A stretch of DNA of 64,000 bases, taken from positions 3,842,582 through 3,906,581 of the forward strand of contig OZ245015.1 in assembly GCA_965223705.1 (NCBI GenBank), read 5' to 3'. Position numbers and translations under genes: made by a program. Of the stretch, positions 52,954 to 60,919 are shown piece by piece. How positions within the stretch are numbered: position 1 is the stretch's first letter; every line of letters begins with the position of its first letter. The notes beneath the pieces were generated by a model. It was not told where the DNA came from. It was given only the letters and a program-made list of their open reading frames with translations, and did not search any database. The stretch is from Myxococcota bacterium (GTDB lineage Bacteria; Myxococcota_A; UBA9160; UBA6930).

Positions 52954-54066
52954 CTACGCCAGTCGCTCGCCGACCCACCGCGCGATCGCTTCGGCGGCGG
53001 TCAGTCCGGGACTCTCGATTCCGATCAGGTTGACGAAGCCAGGGAGGCCCCGTTCGGCTTCCTCGCAAACGACGAAGTCCCGAAAGGGCTCTCCCGGCCC
53101 GGCGAGCTTCGGACGGAGTCCTGCGTAATCCGGGGTGAGATCCTCAGCGGACAAACCCGGCACGTAGCGACCTGCGGCATCGGCGAACTCTTTCGCCTTC
53201 TCCGGGTCGACTCGCAGATCGCGGCTTTCGACGTAGGTCGTGTCGGGTCCCAAACGGACGCGACCGCCGAGGTCCAAAGTGACGTGCACACCGAGCCCGG
53301 CTGTACCGTGGAGCGGATAGACCAAACCCGAAAAACGGGGCGCCGCGCCCGGGCGAAGCGCGAAATAGTCTCCTTTGCAGAGGTGGATCCGGTAGCCCGC
53401 GCGATCGATGTCGATTCCGGCAGCCGCAGCGATGCGATCGCTATCGAGTCCGGCCGCGTTGATGATGCGCTCCGCAGCCAGGCGAACGGGTGTCCCGTCG
53501 CGGTCGCTCGCCTCGACGGCGTAGCCACCGGTGATCTTCCCGATCGTGCGTACGGTCGTTCCGAGCGCGAGGGTTGCACCGTGCGCTTCCGCTTCCGCGA
53601 GCCAGCTCGTACAGAGAGCGTGGGCGTCGACGATCCCCGTGCTCGGAGAGTGGAGCGCTGCCGCGCCGCGGACGCTGGGCTCGCGCCTCGAAAGCTCGGT
53701 CGCCGAGAGCGGCACCAAGTCGTGCACGCCGCTCGCTTCCGCGTTCTGCGCCAGTTGTTCGAGGCGATCCCGCTCGGCGTCGGTCGTCGCGACGACGGTT
53801 TTACCGAGCCTCTGGTGTGGAATGCGATGCGTCGCGCACCGAGCGTACAGTCGTTCGCGGCCTTCGATGCAGAACCGAGCTTTCAGCGAATCCGGCGGGT
53901 AGTAGAGGCCCGCGTGGATCACCTCGCTGTTTCGGCTCGTCGTTTCGCGCCCGATGCCGCCGTGCCGTTCGGCGATGATGACCGATTGGCCTCGGCGCGC
54001 GAGGTCCGCCGCGCAGGCGAGTCCCAGGGCTCCCGCGCCGATGACGACGATATCGACGTCTAAAAT
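52954..54066 (-). CDS. FAD-dependent oxidoreductase, L-2-hydroxyglutarate oxidase (LhgO)-like; start codon uncertain and probably non-canonical
   Basis: The track ORF (to 53922) starts at EVIHAGLYYPPDSLK. In-frame upstream, with no intervening stop, lies ILDVDIVVIGAGALGLACAADLARRGQSVIIAERHGGIGRETTSRNS, which is the dinucleotide-binding fold. No ATG, GTG or TTG is available, so an ATT at 54066 or an ATC at 54051 is the likely start. Confidence 0.7.
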   Translation of the reverse strand: MLDVDIVVIGAGALGLACAADLARRGQSVIIAERHGGIGRETTSRNSEVIHAGLYYPPDSLKARFCIEGRERLYARCATHRIPHQRLGKTVVATTDAERDRLEQLAQNAEASGVHDLVPLSATELSRREPSVRGAAALHSPSTGIVDAHALCTSWLAEAEAHGATLALGTTVRTIGKITGGYAVEASDRDGTPVRLAAERIINAAGLDSDRIAAAAGIDIDRAGYRIHLCKGDYFALRPGAAPRFSGLVYPLHGTAGLGVHVTLDLGGRVRLGPDTTYVESRDLRVDPEKAKEFADAAGRYVPGLSAEDLTPDYAGLRPKLAGPGEPFRDFVVCEEAERGLPGFVNLIGIESPGLTAAEAIARWVGERLA

Positions 54067-54998
54067 GGCGCCTTTCCGAAAGCGCGCTCGTAGCGCGCGC
54101 GGATCGCTTCGAGATCGGCGTCGATCGTTTGGGTTCCAGCGCGCTCGACCATGAACGAGCCCATCACGCTACCCAGTTGGCCGGCGACCTCGAGCGACAA
54201 GCCCTTCTCGAGCGCAAACAAGTAGCCCGCCCGAAACGAATCGCCGCAACCGGTGGGATCGACGACTTCGTCCGCCTTGACGCTCGGGATCGAAAGCGTC
54301 TGACCCTCGGAACGGATGCGCGCCCCCTGCTCTCCGAGCGTCACGATCAAGGTGGTCACCCGCGACGCGATCTCGTCTTCGGAAAGACCGGTGGTGTTTT
54401 GCGTCATCTCCCACTCGTAGTCGTTCACGATGTACGTCGACGCACCGGTCAATAGCTCGGTGAGCTCGGATCGATCGAACAACGGCAGTCCCTGGCCGGG
54501 ATCGATCACCGTGTGCGCGCCACGCGCTTTGAGCTCGCGCGCGTAGTCGACCATGGCCTGCTTGCCGTTCGGAGCGACGATGCCGTAGTCAAACGAAGCA
54601 TCGATCTCATCGAGCCGCACTTCGTGCGCGCGGTCCATCGCACCGGGGTGGAACCCGATGATCTGATTGTCGTCGAGATCGGTCGTGATGTACGCGCCGG
54701 CCGTCGCTTCATCCGCGAGCTCCCGGATGTAGTCGCGGCGGATCCCCTGCTTGTCGAGCCACTCGGCGTAGGCTCCGAAATCGTTTCCTACGGTTGCCGC
54801 GACGAGGGGCTCCCCGCCGAGACGTCGCAAGCAGAACGCGATGTTCGCGGCGCAACCGCCAAAGGTTTTGCGCAAGGTCGGTACGTGGAAAGCCACGTTC
54901 AGCATATGGATCTTGTCGGGCAGGATGATGTCCCGAAAGCGCCCGCCAAAGACCATGATGTGATCGACCGCGACCGATCCAGTGACCAAAATCGACAT
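54060..54998 (-). CDS. PfkB-family carbohydrate/nucleoside kinase (adenosine-kinase-like)
   Basis: MSILVTGSVAVDHIM, GGCAANIAF, and the C-terminal anion-hole motif DPTGCGDSFRAGYL. Confidence 0.8.
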   Translation of the reverse strand: MSILVTGSVAVDHIMVFGGRFRDIILPDKIHMLNVAFHVPTLRKTFGGCAANIAFCLRRLGGEPLVAATVGNDFGAYAEWLDKQGIRRDYIRELADEATAGAYITTDLDDNQIIGFHPGAMDRAHEVRLDEIDASFDYGIVAPNGKQAMVDYARELKARGAHTVIDPGQGLPLFDRSELTELLTGASTYIVNDYEWEMTQNTTGLSEDEIASRVTTLIVTLGEQGARIRSEGQTLSIPSVKADEVVDPTGCGDSFRAGYLFALEKGLSLEVAGQLGSVMGSFMVERAGTQTIDADLEAIRARYERAFGKAPF

Positions 54999-55099
54999 GA
55001 GTCAGGTTCCTCCGCGGTCGCAGTCTATAGTGCCTCTCGTCTCCGCGCCGCCGAGCCCTTGTGCCCTGCGCGTTTGCACGGCAATGTCGGCGCGTGCCG

Positions 55100-55738
55100 A
55101 TGGACAAACCGCTACGTGTCGCTGTGCTCTTGTCCGGCGAGGGCACTAGCTTCGAAAATCTGGCCGAGAGAATCGACGCGGGGGAAGTCCCCGCCGAGAT
55201 CGCGGTAGTGGTGGCTTCACGCAAGAGCGCCGGCGGCTTGGCGCGCGCGGAGCGCCGGGGCATTCCGGCGGTCGCCGTCGCGCGTAGATCGCATCCCGAC
55301 ATCACGTCGTTCAACGACGCGATCCACGCGGTCCTGCGCAAACACGAAACCGAGTTCGTCGCGCTGCTGGGCTTCCTCTCCCCTTTTGAGCCTCGCGAGG
55401 CGTTCGCCGGAAGAGTGATGAACGTGCATCCCGCTCTCATCCCCGCGTTTTCGGGTCAGGGATTCTACGGTCGGCGGGTTCACGAAGCAGTCCTCGAACG
55501 AGGCTGCCGTGTGACGGGGGCCACGGTTCATTTCGTCGACGACGAATACGACCACGGACCGATCGTGCTGCAGGAAGCGGTACCGGTGCTCGACGACGAC
55601 ACCCCGGAACAACTCGCAGCCCGGGTGCAGACGGCCGAACGCAGGCTGGTCCCGGAAGCGATCCGGCTCTACGCGACCGGCCGGCTCCGTCTCGAAGGCC
55701 GGCGCGTCAAGATCGTCACCGGAGTGGACGATAGTTGA
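55100..55738 (+). CDS. purN: Phosphoribosylglycinamide formyltransferase
   Basis: LRVAVLLSGEGTSFENL, MNVHPALIPAF, GATVHFVDDEYDHGPIVLQ. Confidence 0.9.
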   Translation: MDKPLRVAVLLSGEGTSFENLAERIDAGEVPAEIAVVVASRKSAGGLARAERRGIPAVAVARRSHPDITSFNDAIHAVLRKHETEFVALLGFLSPFEPREAFAGRVMNVHPALIPAFSGQGFYGRRVHEAVLERGCRVTGATVHFVDDEYDHGPIVLQEAVPVLDDDTPEQLAARVQTAERRLVPEAIRLYATGRLRLEGRRVKIVTGVDDS

Positions 55739-55742
55739 GGGC

Positions 55743-56309
55743 ATGAAGGCCCGTTTCTCTTCGCTCACTTGCGCGCTTCTTCTCTCGGCCGCCGCGAACG
55801 TCGCTCATGCCGAAGCCGAAGATCGGCGTGCGCTTCCGCGATGGCTCTCGGAAATTCGTTTCGCCGTGCTCTCTCATGACGTCGACGACCTGTGGAGCGG
55901 AGACCGTCGTGAAGGCGGAATCGATTGGAACGCCGAAGTGATTTTCCATCGCGAGGGCTGGTCTCTCCTCGGCGGCTCTGTCCGTCCCCAACTCGGCGTG
56001 TCCGTCAACGATCAAGGCGATACGAGCAAGGCATACGCGGGGCTCTTGTGGGAGATCGAAGCGTCTTGGGGCGGTTTCTTCGCCACCGGCGTCGGCGCGG
56101 CGCTCCACAACGGCGAACTCGACACCGATGACCCGGACCGCAAAGAACTCGGCTCGCGGGTGCTCTTCCGCATCCCGATCGAGCTCGGCGTGCGCATCGG
56201 AGAGCACCATCGGCTAGCGATCGCGTTCGACCACGTCTCGAACGCAAACCTCGCAAACGAAAACGAGGGCCTCGACACCCTGGGCCTGCGCTACGGCTAT
56301 AAATTCTAG
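55743..56309 (+). CDS. Acyloxyacyl hydrolase / lipid A 3-O-deacylase (PagL-like) outer-membrane protein
   Basis: Signal peptide ending AHA-EA, a beta-barrel-like alternating pattern, the catalytic-type motif DHVSNANL..NEG (His-x-Ser-Asn plus Glu), and a C-terminal YGYKF. Confidence 0.65.
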   Translation: MKARFSSLTCALLLSAAANVAHAEAEDRRALPRWLSEIRFAVLSHDVDDLWSGDRREGGIDWNAEVIFHREGWSLLGGSVRPQLGVSVNDQGDTSKAYAGLLWEIEASWGGFFATGVGAALHNGELDTDDPDRKELGSRVLFRIPIELGVRIGEHHRLAIAFDHVSNANLANENEGLDTLGLRYGYKF

Positions 56310-56391
56310 TGGTCTGTCCTTGGAGGTCCCGGCGCGGCAAAGCCACGCCACCCCCACTCCGCTCGCGTCCTTCGCAGGGGAACTGCGAAGG

Positions 56392-56506
56392 CGCTCGCTG
56401 CGCGCGTTCGTTCGCGCTTCGCACTCACCCCGCTTGCCTGGGTGCTCGCTATAGCACCACGCAAGCGCGACGAGTGCGAAGCACGAGGAGCGCGCGCAGC
56501 GAGGCG
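56392..56506. repeat. 115-nt imperfect inverted repeat forming a rod-like hairpin (about 38 bp in four helical segments)
   Basis: Read directly. CGCTCGCTGCGCGCG (56392-56406) pairs with CGCGCGCAGCGAGGCG (56491-56506) with one bulge. CTTCGCACTC (56417-26) pairs with GAGTGCGAAG (56472-81). CGCTTGC (56431-37) pairs with GCAAGCG (56461-67). GGTGCT (56441-46) pairs with AGCACC (56453-58). Confidence 0.6.
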
Positions 56507-56525
56507 TAGCCGAGCGAAGCAGGGT

Positions 56526-56544
56526 GGGTCAGCTCTGCTGACCC
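56526..56544. terminator. Hairpin GGGTCAG-CTCTG-CTGACCC next to the gloA stop
   Basis: 7-bp perfect stem, 6 nt from the gloA stop codon (56551). No U tract. Confidence 0.4.
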
Positions 56545-56550
56545 GGGACC

Positions 56551-56931
56551 CTAATGTTGTATTAACTCGACCATGTAGCCGGTGGGGTCTTCGACGAAGG
56601 CGATCACCGTCGATCCGTGCTTCATCGGGCCGGGCTCGCGCTTGATATTGACACCTTCCTTGCGCAGCTGTTCGCAGGTTCCGTAGATGTCGTCGCAGCC
56701 GATCGCGATGTGGCCGTAGGCATCGCCCAGCTCGTAATCGCTCTGGCCCCAGTTGTGAGTGAATTCGAGGACGGTGTGATCCTTCTCGTCGCCGTAACCG
56801 ACAAAGGCGAGCGTAAACTCGCCACCGGGAAAATCCTGCTTGCGCAGGAGCTTCATCCCGAAATGTTCGGTGTAGAAACGAATGGACTCGTCCATGTCTT
56901 TGACGCGGAGCATGGTGTGAAGAAGTTGCAT
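56551..56931 (-). CDS. gloA: Lactoylglutathione lyase (glyoxalase I)
   Basis: MQLLHTMLRVKDMDESIRFYTEHFGMKLLRKQDFPGGEFTLAFVGYG...HIAIGCDDIYGTCEQLR...GYMVELIQ. Strongly GloA-like over the full length. Confidence 0.9.
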   Translation of the reverse strand: MQLLHTMLRVKDMDESIRFYTEHFGMKLLRKQDFPGGEFTLAFVGYGDEKDHTVLEFTHNWGQSDYELGDAYGHIAIGCDDIYGTCEQLRKEGVNIKREPGPMKHGSTVIAFVEDPTGYMVELIQH

Positions 56932-56981
56932 GGAGCTAGAGTAACCCGTCTGGTTTCCGTTGTGGGGCGTTAGGAGCGACG

Positions 56982-57281
56982 ATGTTCATCGCGATGAATC
57001 ATTTCCGAGTAGATCCCGAACGCGGGGCGGAATTCGAGGACGTTTGGCGGAAGCGGGACAGCCACCTCGACGAGGTGCCGGGGTTCGTGCGCTTCGCCCT
57101 GCTCCGGGGCGACGAGCCCGGGAGGTATGTCTCGCACTCCACCTGGAAGGATCGGGCGGCGTTCGAAGCCTGGACGCAGTCGGAGGCGTTCAAGAAGGCC
57201 CATGCCGGGGCTCGGATGCCGAAAGGATTGCTTCTCGGGCACCCGGAAGTCCGGACCTACGAGGCCGTTCTCGAGGCCTGA
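56982..57281 (+). CDS. Antibiotic biosynthesis monooxygenase (ABM) domain protein
   Basis: 99 aa. MNHFRVDPERGAEFEDVW...GFVRFALLRG...YVSHSTWKDRAAFEAWTQSEAF, the ferredoxin-like ABM pattern. AGGAG Shine-Dalgarno. Confidence 0.7.
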   Translation: MFIAMNHFRVDPERGAEFEDVWRKRDSHLDEVPGFVRFALLRGDEPGRYVSHSTWKDRAAFEAWTQSEAFKKAHAGARMPKGLLLGHPEVRTYEAVLEA

Positions 57282-57345
57282 GGGGTGGGGCCGACCGTAA
57301 ACATCGGTTGACAAAAAGCGAAAATAAGACGAAAGTCCGGCGATT

Positions 57346-58092
57346 GTGTCGGACATCGCCCCCCAACCCGCCCGCGGCGAAGCCGCGATCGATGAGCGCG
57401 TCGACGTGCTCTTACGCGAGCTCCGCGCCCAGGGGATCGACGGCGTCTCCCGCGCCCCGCGCCTCCACGAGCCGCGTCGAAGGGGCGCGGCGCTCCCCGC
57501 GCTGCTCGAGCACGGTTTCCCGCGCAGCCTTCTCTCCGAAGTCACCGGCCCTCTCTCTTCGGGGCGCACGTCTTTTGTCCTCGCGCTCCTCTCGCGCACG
57601 ACACAAGCGGGAGAATGGGTTGCTTGGGTCGAAGTTTCCGATGCCTTCGACCCCGCATCTGCAGCGGCTGCGGGCGTCGTTCTCGAACGCGTGTTGTGGG
57701 TGCGGGCACCGAGCCTTAAAAAATCCTTACGAGCCGCGGAGCGCATCCTCGAAGCGAGGGGGTTCGCTTCGGTCATCCTCGACCTCGGGGCGACTCCCGG
57801 TCGCAGCAAGCGCCCTTCTGTCGTCGTTCCCCAGGCGGCCTGGCCGCGCTTGCGCAAACGCGCCGTAGAAGGCGAAAGCGCCTTCGTCACTCTCAGCACG
57901 CACCGTGTAGCCAACAGCTTCGCCGACTTGGCGTTCGAGTTGGGCGAAACCCGCCCCTGCTTCCGCGGTGTTCCCGCTTTCTTCACCGGCCTAGAGGGCG
58001 AAGTCGTCGTCGCCCGCGATCGCACCGGACACGGCCCGCAAAGTGCTCTTTGGAAAACCGAAGGCGGCCGCGTCGAGATCCGCGCAGCGTGA
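57346..58092 (+). CDS. imuA: Translesion-synthesis accessory protein ImuA (RecA/SulA-like)
   Basis: Degenerate RecA-like P-loop region GFPRSLLSEVTGPLSSGRTSFVLALL, then WVAWVEVSDAFDPASAAAAGV.LERVLWVR and ASVILDL. It lies immediately upstream of imuB. Confidence 0.7.
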   Translation: MSDIAPQPARGEAAIDERVDVLLRELRAQGIDGVSRAPRLHEPRRRGAALPALLEHGFPRSLLSEVTGPLSSGRTSFVLALLSRTTQAGEWVAWVEVSDAFDPASAAAAGVVLERVLWVRAPSLKKSLRAAERILEARGFASVILDLGATPGRSKRPSVVVPQAAWPRLRKRAVEGESAFVTLSTHRVANSFADLAFELGETRPCFRGVPAFFTGLEGEVVVARDRTGHGPQSALWKTEGGRVEIRAA

Positions 58093-58114
58093 AGCCCGCG
58101 TAGCGGAAAATCTC

Positions 58115-59644
58115 ATGCGTCGCATCGCGTGTCTCCTCGTTCCCGAACTTCCCCTCGCCGCGCTGCTTCGAACGCATCCTGAACTCGAAGGCACAGCCTT
58201 CGCGGTCGCTACGGCGCCCGGTGCGCGTGCGGAAATTCTCGCGGCCTCTCCCCATGCGCGGCGACAAGGCGTGCGCCCGTTTCAGACGGCGGCGCAAGCG
58301 CGCGCGGCGTGCGCCGACTTGGTGATCCGCGAAGTCTCCGAAGCCGCTTCCCGCGCGGCGCGGGAAGCGCTTCTCGACGTCGCTCTTTCAACGTCTCCTC
58401 GAGCGGCTCCTGGACCTCTTCACTCCGGCGTGTATGCCGCCGAAGCGACGGTCTTCGTCGATGCCGAAGGTTGCGGAACGCTTTTTCAAAGCGAGCGCGG
58501 TCTGGCGAGCGCTCTCGCCGAACGCGCGCGTCGCTTGGGCGTGCCCGCTGTGGTCGCGATCGCGAGCAGTCGGGCTGTCGCGCACCTCGCCGCGCGGGAA
58601 CTCGGCCGCGGCGAACCGGGAGAGATCCTCGTCATACAAGCGGGGGACGAAGCGGAGTACGTCGCTCCCCTGTCTTTCGACCTACTCGATCTCGAGGATG
58701 AGCTCGCCGATCGTTTGACGCGCTTTGGGCTGCGCTGTCTCGGAGACTTAGCGCGTCTTCCGGAAAACGAAATCGCGACGCGTTTGGGATCGGGTGCAGC
58801 GGCGATCCTCGACCTCGCCCACGGACGCAAGTCCGATCCACGTCCACCGCTCGCGATGTCTACACAGTTTGAAGAATCCACGGAGCTCGATGTCGCCGTC
58901 GACCGACTCGAGCCGTTGATCTTTGTTCTGCGCGGCATGGTTTCCCGGTTGACCTCGAGATTGCGCTGCCGCCAGCTCGCGTGCGGAGATCTCGCTCTCG
59001 AGCTCCGACTCGAAGGTGGGCAACGCGAAGCTCGGCGCGTCGGTGTCGCCGCGGCGACTTTAGACACGCGTGTCCTCCTTCGGCTCGTCGCGCTCAGCCT
59101 GGAGGCTCGCCCACCCTGCGCGCCGATCGAGTTCGTATCGCTTCAAACCGAAGGCCGCGCGCCGCGAGCGGATCAGCTGGATTTTTTTCGGCCCGCCGGC
59201 CCCGCGCCACGCGTTTTTTCACAAACCGTCGCCGAACTCGAAGCGCTCTGCGGCGTAGGTCGCGTCGGTGCCCCCGCATTGGCCGATGATCATCGGCCCG
59301 ACAGCTACCGCTTGCGCAAGCTACAAAACGACAAGGCGACAGCGGCGACTCCACAGAACGACAAGGCGACTTGTACTGCGATCCCTGTTGTACGGGCCTT
59401 GCGACCGCCCGTGCGGGCCGAAGTGTACGCACCCCACGGCTCTCCGGAACGCCTGCGCAGCGCGGTGGCCAACGGAGACGTCCTGCACTGCGCCGGTCCC
59501 TGGCGCACGACGGGCGCTTGGTGGTCCGAGGAAGAACGTTTCGCCTTCGATCATTTCGACGTGGCTACGAGCGACGGGCACGTCCTCCGGCTCCGCCGCG
59601 ATTTGATCCGAGCTCTCTGGGAAATCGATGCGGTCTACGATTGA
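58115..59644 (+). CDS. imuB: Y-family polymerase-like protein ImuB (catalytically inactive type)
   Basis: The N-terminus MRRIACLLVPELPLAALL replaces the DMDAFYASVE acidic catalytic motif seen in dinB in this same window. It has Y-family palm/finger-like blocks and a long C-terminal extension. Context is downstream of imuA. Confidence 0.75.
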   Translation: MRRIACLLVPELPLAALLRTHPELEGTAFAVATAPGARAEILAASPHARRQGVRPFQTAAQARAACADLVIREVSEAASRAAREALLDVALSTSPRAAPGPLHSGVYAAEATVFVDAEGCGTLFQSERGLASALAERARRLGVPAVVAIASSRAVAHLAARELGRGEPGEILVIQAGDEAEYVAPLSFDLLDLEDELADRLTRFGLRCLGDLARLPENEIATRLGSGAAAILDLAHGRKSDPRPPLAMSTQFEESTELDVAVDRLEPLIFVLRGMVSRLTSRLRCRQLACGDLALELRLEGGQREARRVGVAAATLDTRVLLRLVALSLEARPPCAPIEFVSLQTEGRAPRADQLDFFRPAGPAPRVFSQTVAELEALCGVGRVGAPALADDHRPDSYRLRKLQNDKATAATPQNDKATCTAIPVVRALRPPVRAEVYAPHGSPERLRSAVANGDVLHCAGPWRTTGAWWSEEERFAFDHFDVATSDGHVLRLRRDLIRALWEIDAVYD

Positions 59645-60891
59645 GCGTCCTCGTCGTCGCCTTCCTCCTCGCCGTGTTTCAGCTGGAACGTCAAGGCGGC
59701 CCGGGCCACTTCCGCGTCACCTCGACGTATCGCGCCTTGGCCGAACCGATCAGTCAGCTGATCGAGCGCGCGATTCAAATGGCGATTACGTGTCCGTTCG
59801 GGAGCTACGTCAAAGAGCGTTCCCTGCTCGCGTTCCACCGGAAGGAGATTGGTGACGCCGACACCGATCAGGCGCACCGGTTCGGCGAGAGACGCCCGGC
59901 GCAACAACTTCTTCGCTTCTCGCGCCAAAAGGAGTCCGTCGTCCGTCGCGTCCGAAAGCGATGCCCTCCGTGTGAGCAGCGGATACCCGCGCGGCCCAGC
60001 GGCTACCCGCTTTGCGAGCTTGACCTTCAGCACCGCGGTTCGCGCCACGTACCCGCTGCGCCGAAGCCGGCGCGCGACGGCTTCGGCATGAGACACGATG
60101 GTCGCATCGAGGACTTCTAAGTCAGAGACATCTTCTCTGAATGTATTCTCTTCACTCATCGAAACCGGGTCGCGGTACGCGGTGACTTCGCGCAGATCCT
60201 TGCCTTGCGCGAGTTTCGCGATGGCGAGCCCCCAGTCGCCGAGCGCGCGCCGCAAGCGTCGAGACTCACCGCGCGCAAGATCTCCCACGGTGGCGAAACC
60301 CGCGCGTTTGAGACGTGCCTCCGCCACCGGACCGACGCCCCACAACCGGCCCACGGGCAACGGGTCGAGGAACGCGTGAACTTCGTCTTCTCGGATTTCG
60401 AGGAGTCCGTCGGGCTTTGCCAAGTCGCTGGCGATCTTCGCCACCATCTTGATCGGCGCGATGCCGACCGAGACCGCTAAGCCGGTCTCGGCACGCACCC
60501 GCTCCCGCAATCGCTCTCCGACGCCGCGTGCCGGCCCGTGCAGACGCTCGGTACCCGTGAGATCGAGAAAGGCCTCGTCGAGGGAGATACCCTCGACCGA
60601 CGGGGAGACCTCGCGAAACAGCGCGAAAATCGCTTGGGATTCGCGTTTGTACTTCGCCATATCGCCGCGCAGAAACACGGCGTGGGGACAACGCTTGCGC
60701 GCTTCGGCGCCGGGCATCGCGGAATGGATCCCAAAGCGCCTCGCTTCGTAGCTCGCCGCCGAAACGACGCCGCGCGGGCCGCTCCCGCCGACGATTACAG
60801 GCTTGCCGCGCAGCTCCGGGCGATCGCGTTGTTCGACCGACGCGTAGAAGGCATCCATGTCGGCGTGCAGGATGACGGGCGTGAGAGACAC
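59635..60891 (-). CDS. dinB: DNA polymerase IV
   Basis: ILHADMDAFYASVEQRDRPELRGKPVIVGG, SLDEAFLDLTG, GIAPIKMVAKIASDLAKPDG, LWGVGP. Confidence 0.9.
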   Translation of the reverse strand: MSLTPVILHADMDAFYASVEQRDRPELRGKPVIVGGSGPRGVVSAASYEARRFGIHSAMPGAEARKRCPHAVFLRGDMAKYKRESQAIFALFREVSPSVEGISLDEAFLDLTGTERLHGPARGVGERLRERVRAETGLAVSVGIAPIKMVAKIASDLAKPDGLLEIREDEVHAFLDPLPVGRLWGVGPVAEARLKRAGFATVGDLARGESRRLRRALGDWGLAIAKLAQGKDLREVTAYRDPVSMSEENTFREDVSDLEVLDATIVSHAEAVARRLRRSGYVARTAVLKVKLAKRVAAGPRGYPLLTRRASLSDATDDGLLLAREAKKLLRRASLAEPVRLIGVGVTNLLPVEREQGTLFDVAPERTRNRHLNRALDQLTDRFGQGAIRRGDAEVARAALTFQLKHGEEEGDDEDAQS

Positions 60892-60919
60892 ATGGAAAGC
60901 CTACGGTTATCGTTCGCCG

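Noticed and set aside
51809-54063. 419-aa (-) and 406-aa (+) ORFs overlapping the ferredoxin, PP2C and LhgO-like genes
   Set aside because: These are antisense or off-frame shadows. The chosen frames carry ordered PP2C motifs and the FAD-binding fold.
56349-56528. Calling the rod-like hairpin region a 6S RNA
   Set aside because: The length (about 180 nt if extended) and the rod shape are suggestive. However, there is a side hairpin instead of a clean central bubble, I recognise no conserved 6S sequence features, and the genomic context is atypical. The evidence is insufficient.
57297-57313. LexA (SOS) box upstream of imuA: GTAAACATCGGTTGACA
   Set aside because: It is only a degenerate AAAC-N4-GTTG palindrome. 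It matches the Gram-positive GAAC-N4-GTTC core at 3 of 4 positions per half, and by my recollection about 12 of 17 positions of the Myxococcus-type box. No similar site is evident in front of dinB (60892-60919). That is too weak to annotate.
56970-58025. 351-aa minus-strand ORF opposite the ABM and imuA genes
   Set aside because: Arg/Ser/Pro-rich low complexity. The plus-strand genes have family motifs and sensible Shine-Dalgarno and start contexts.
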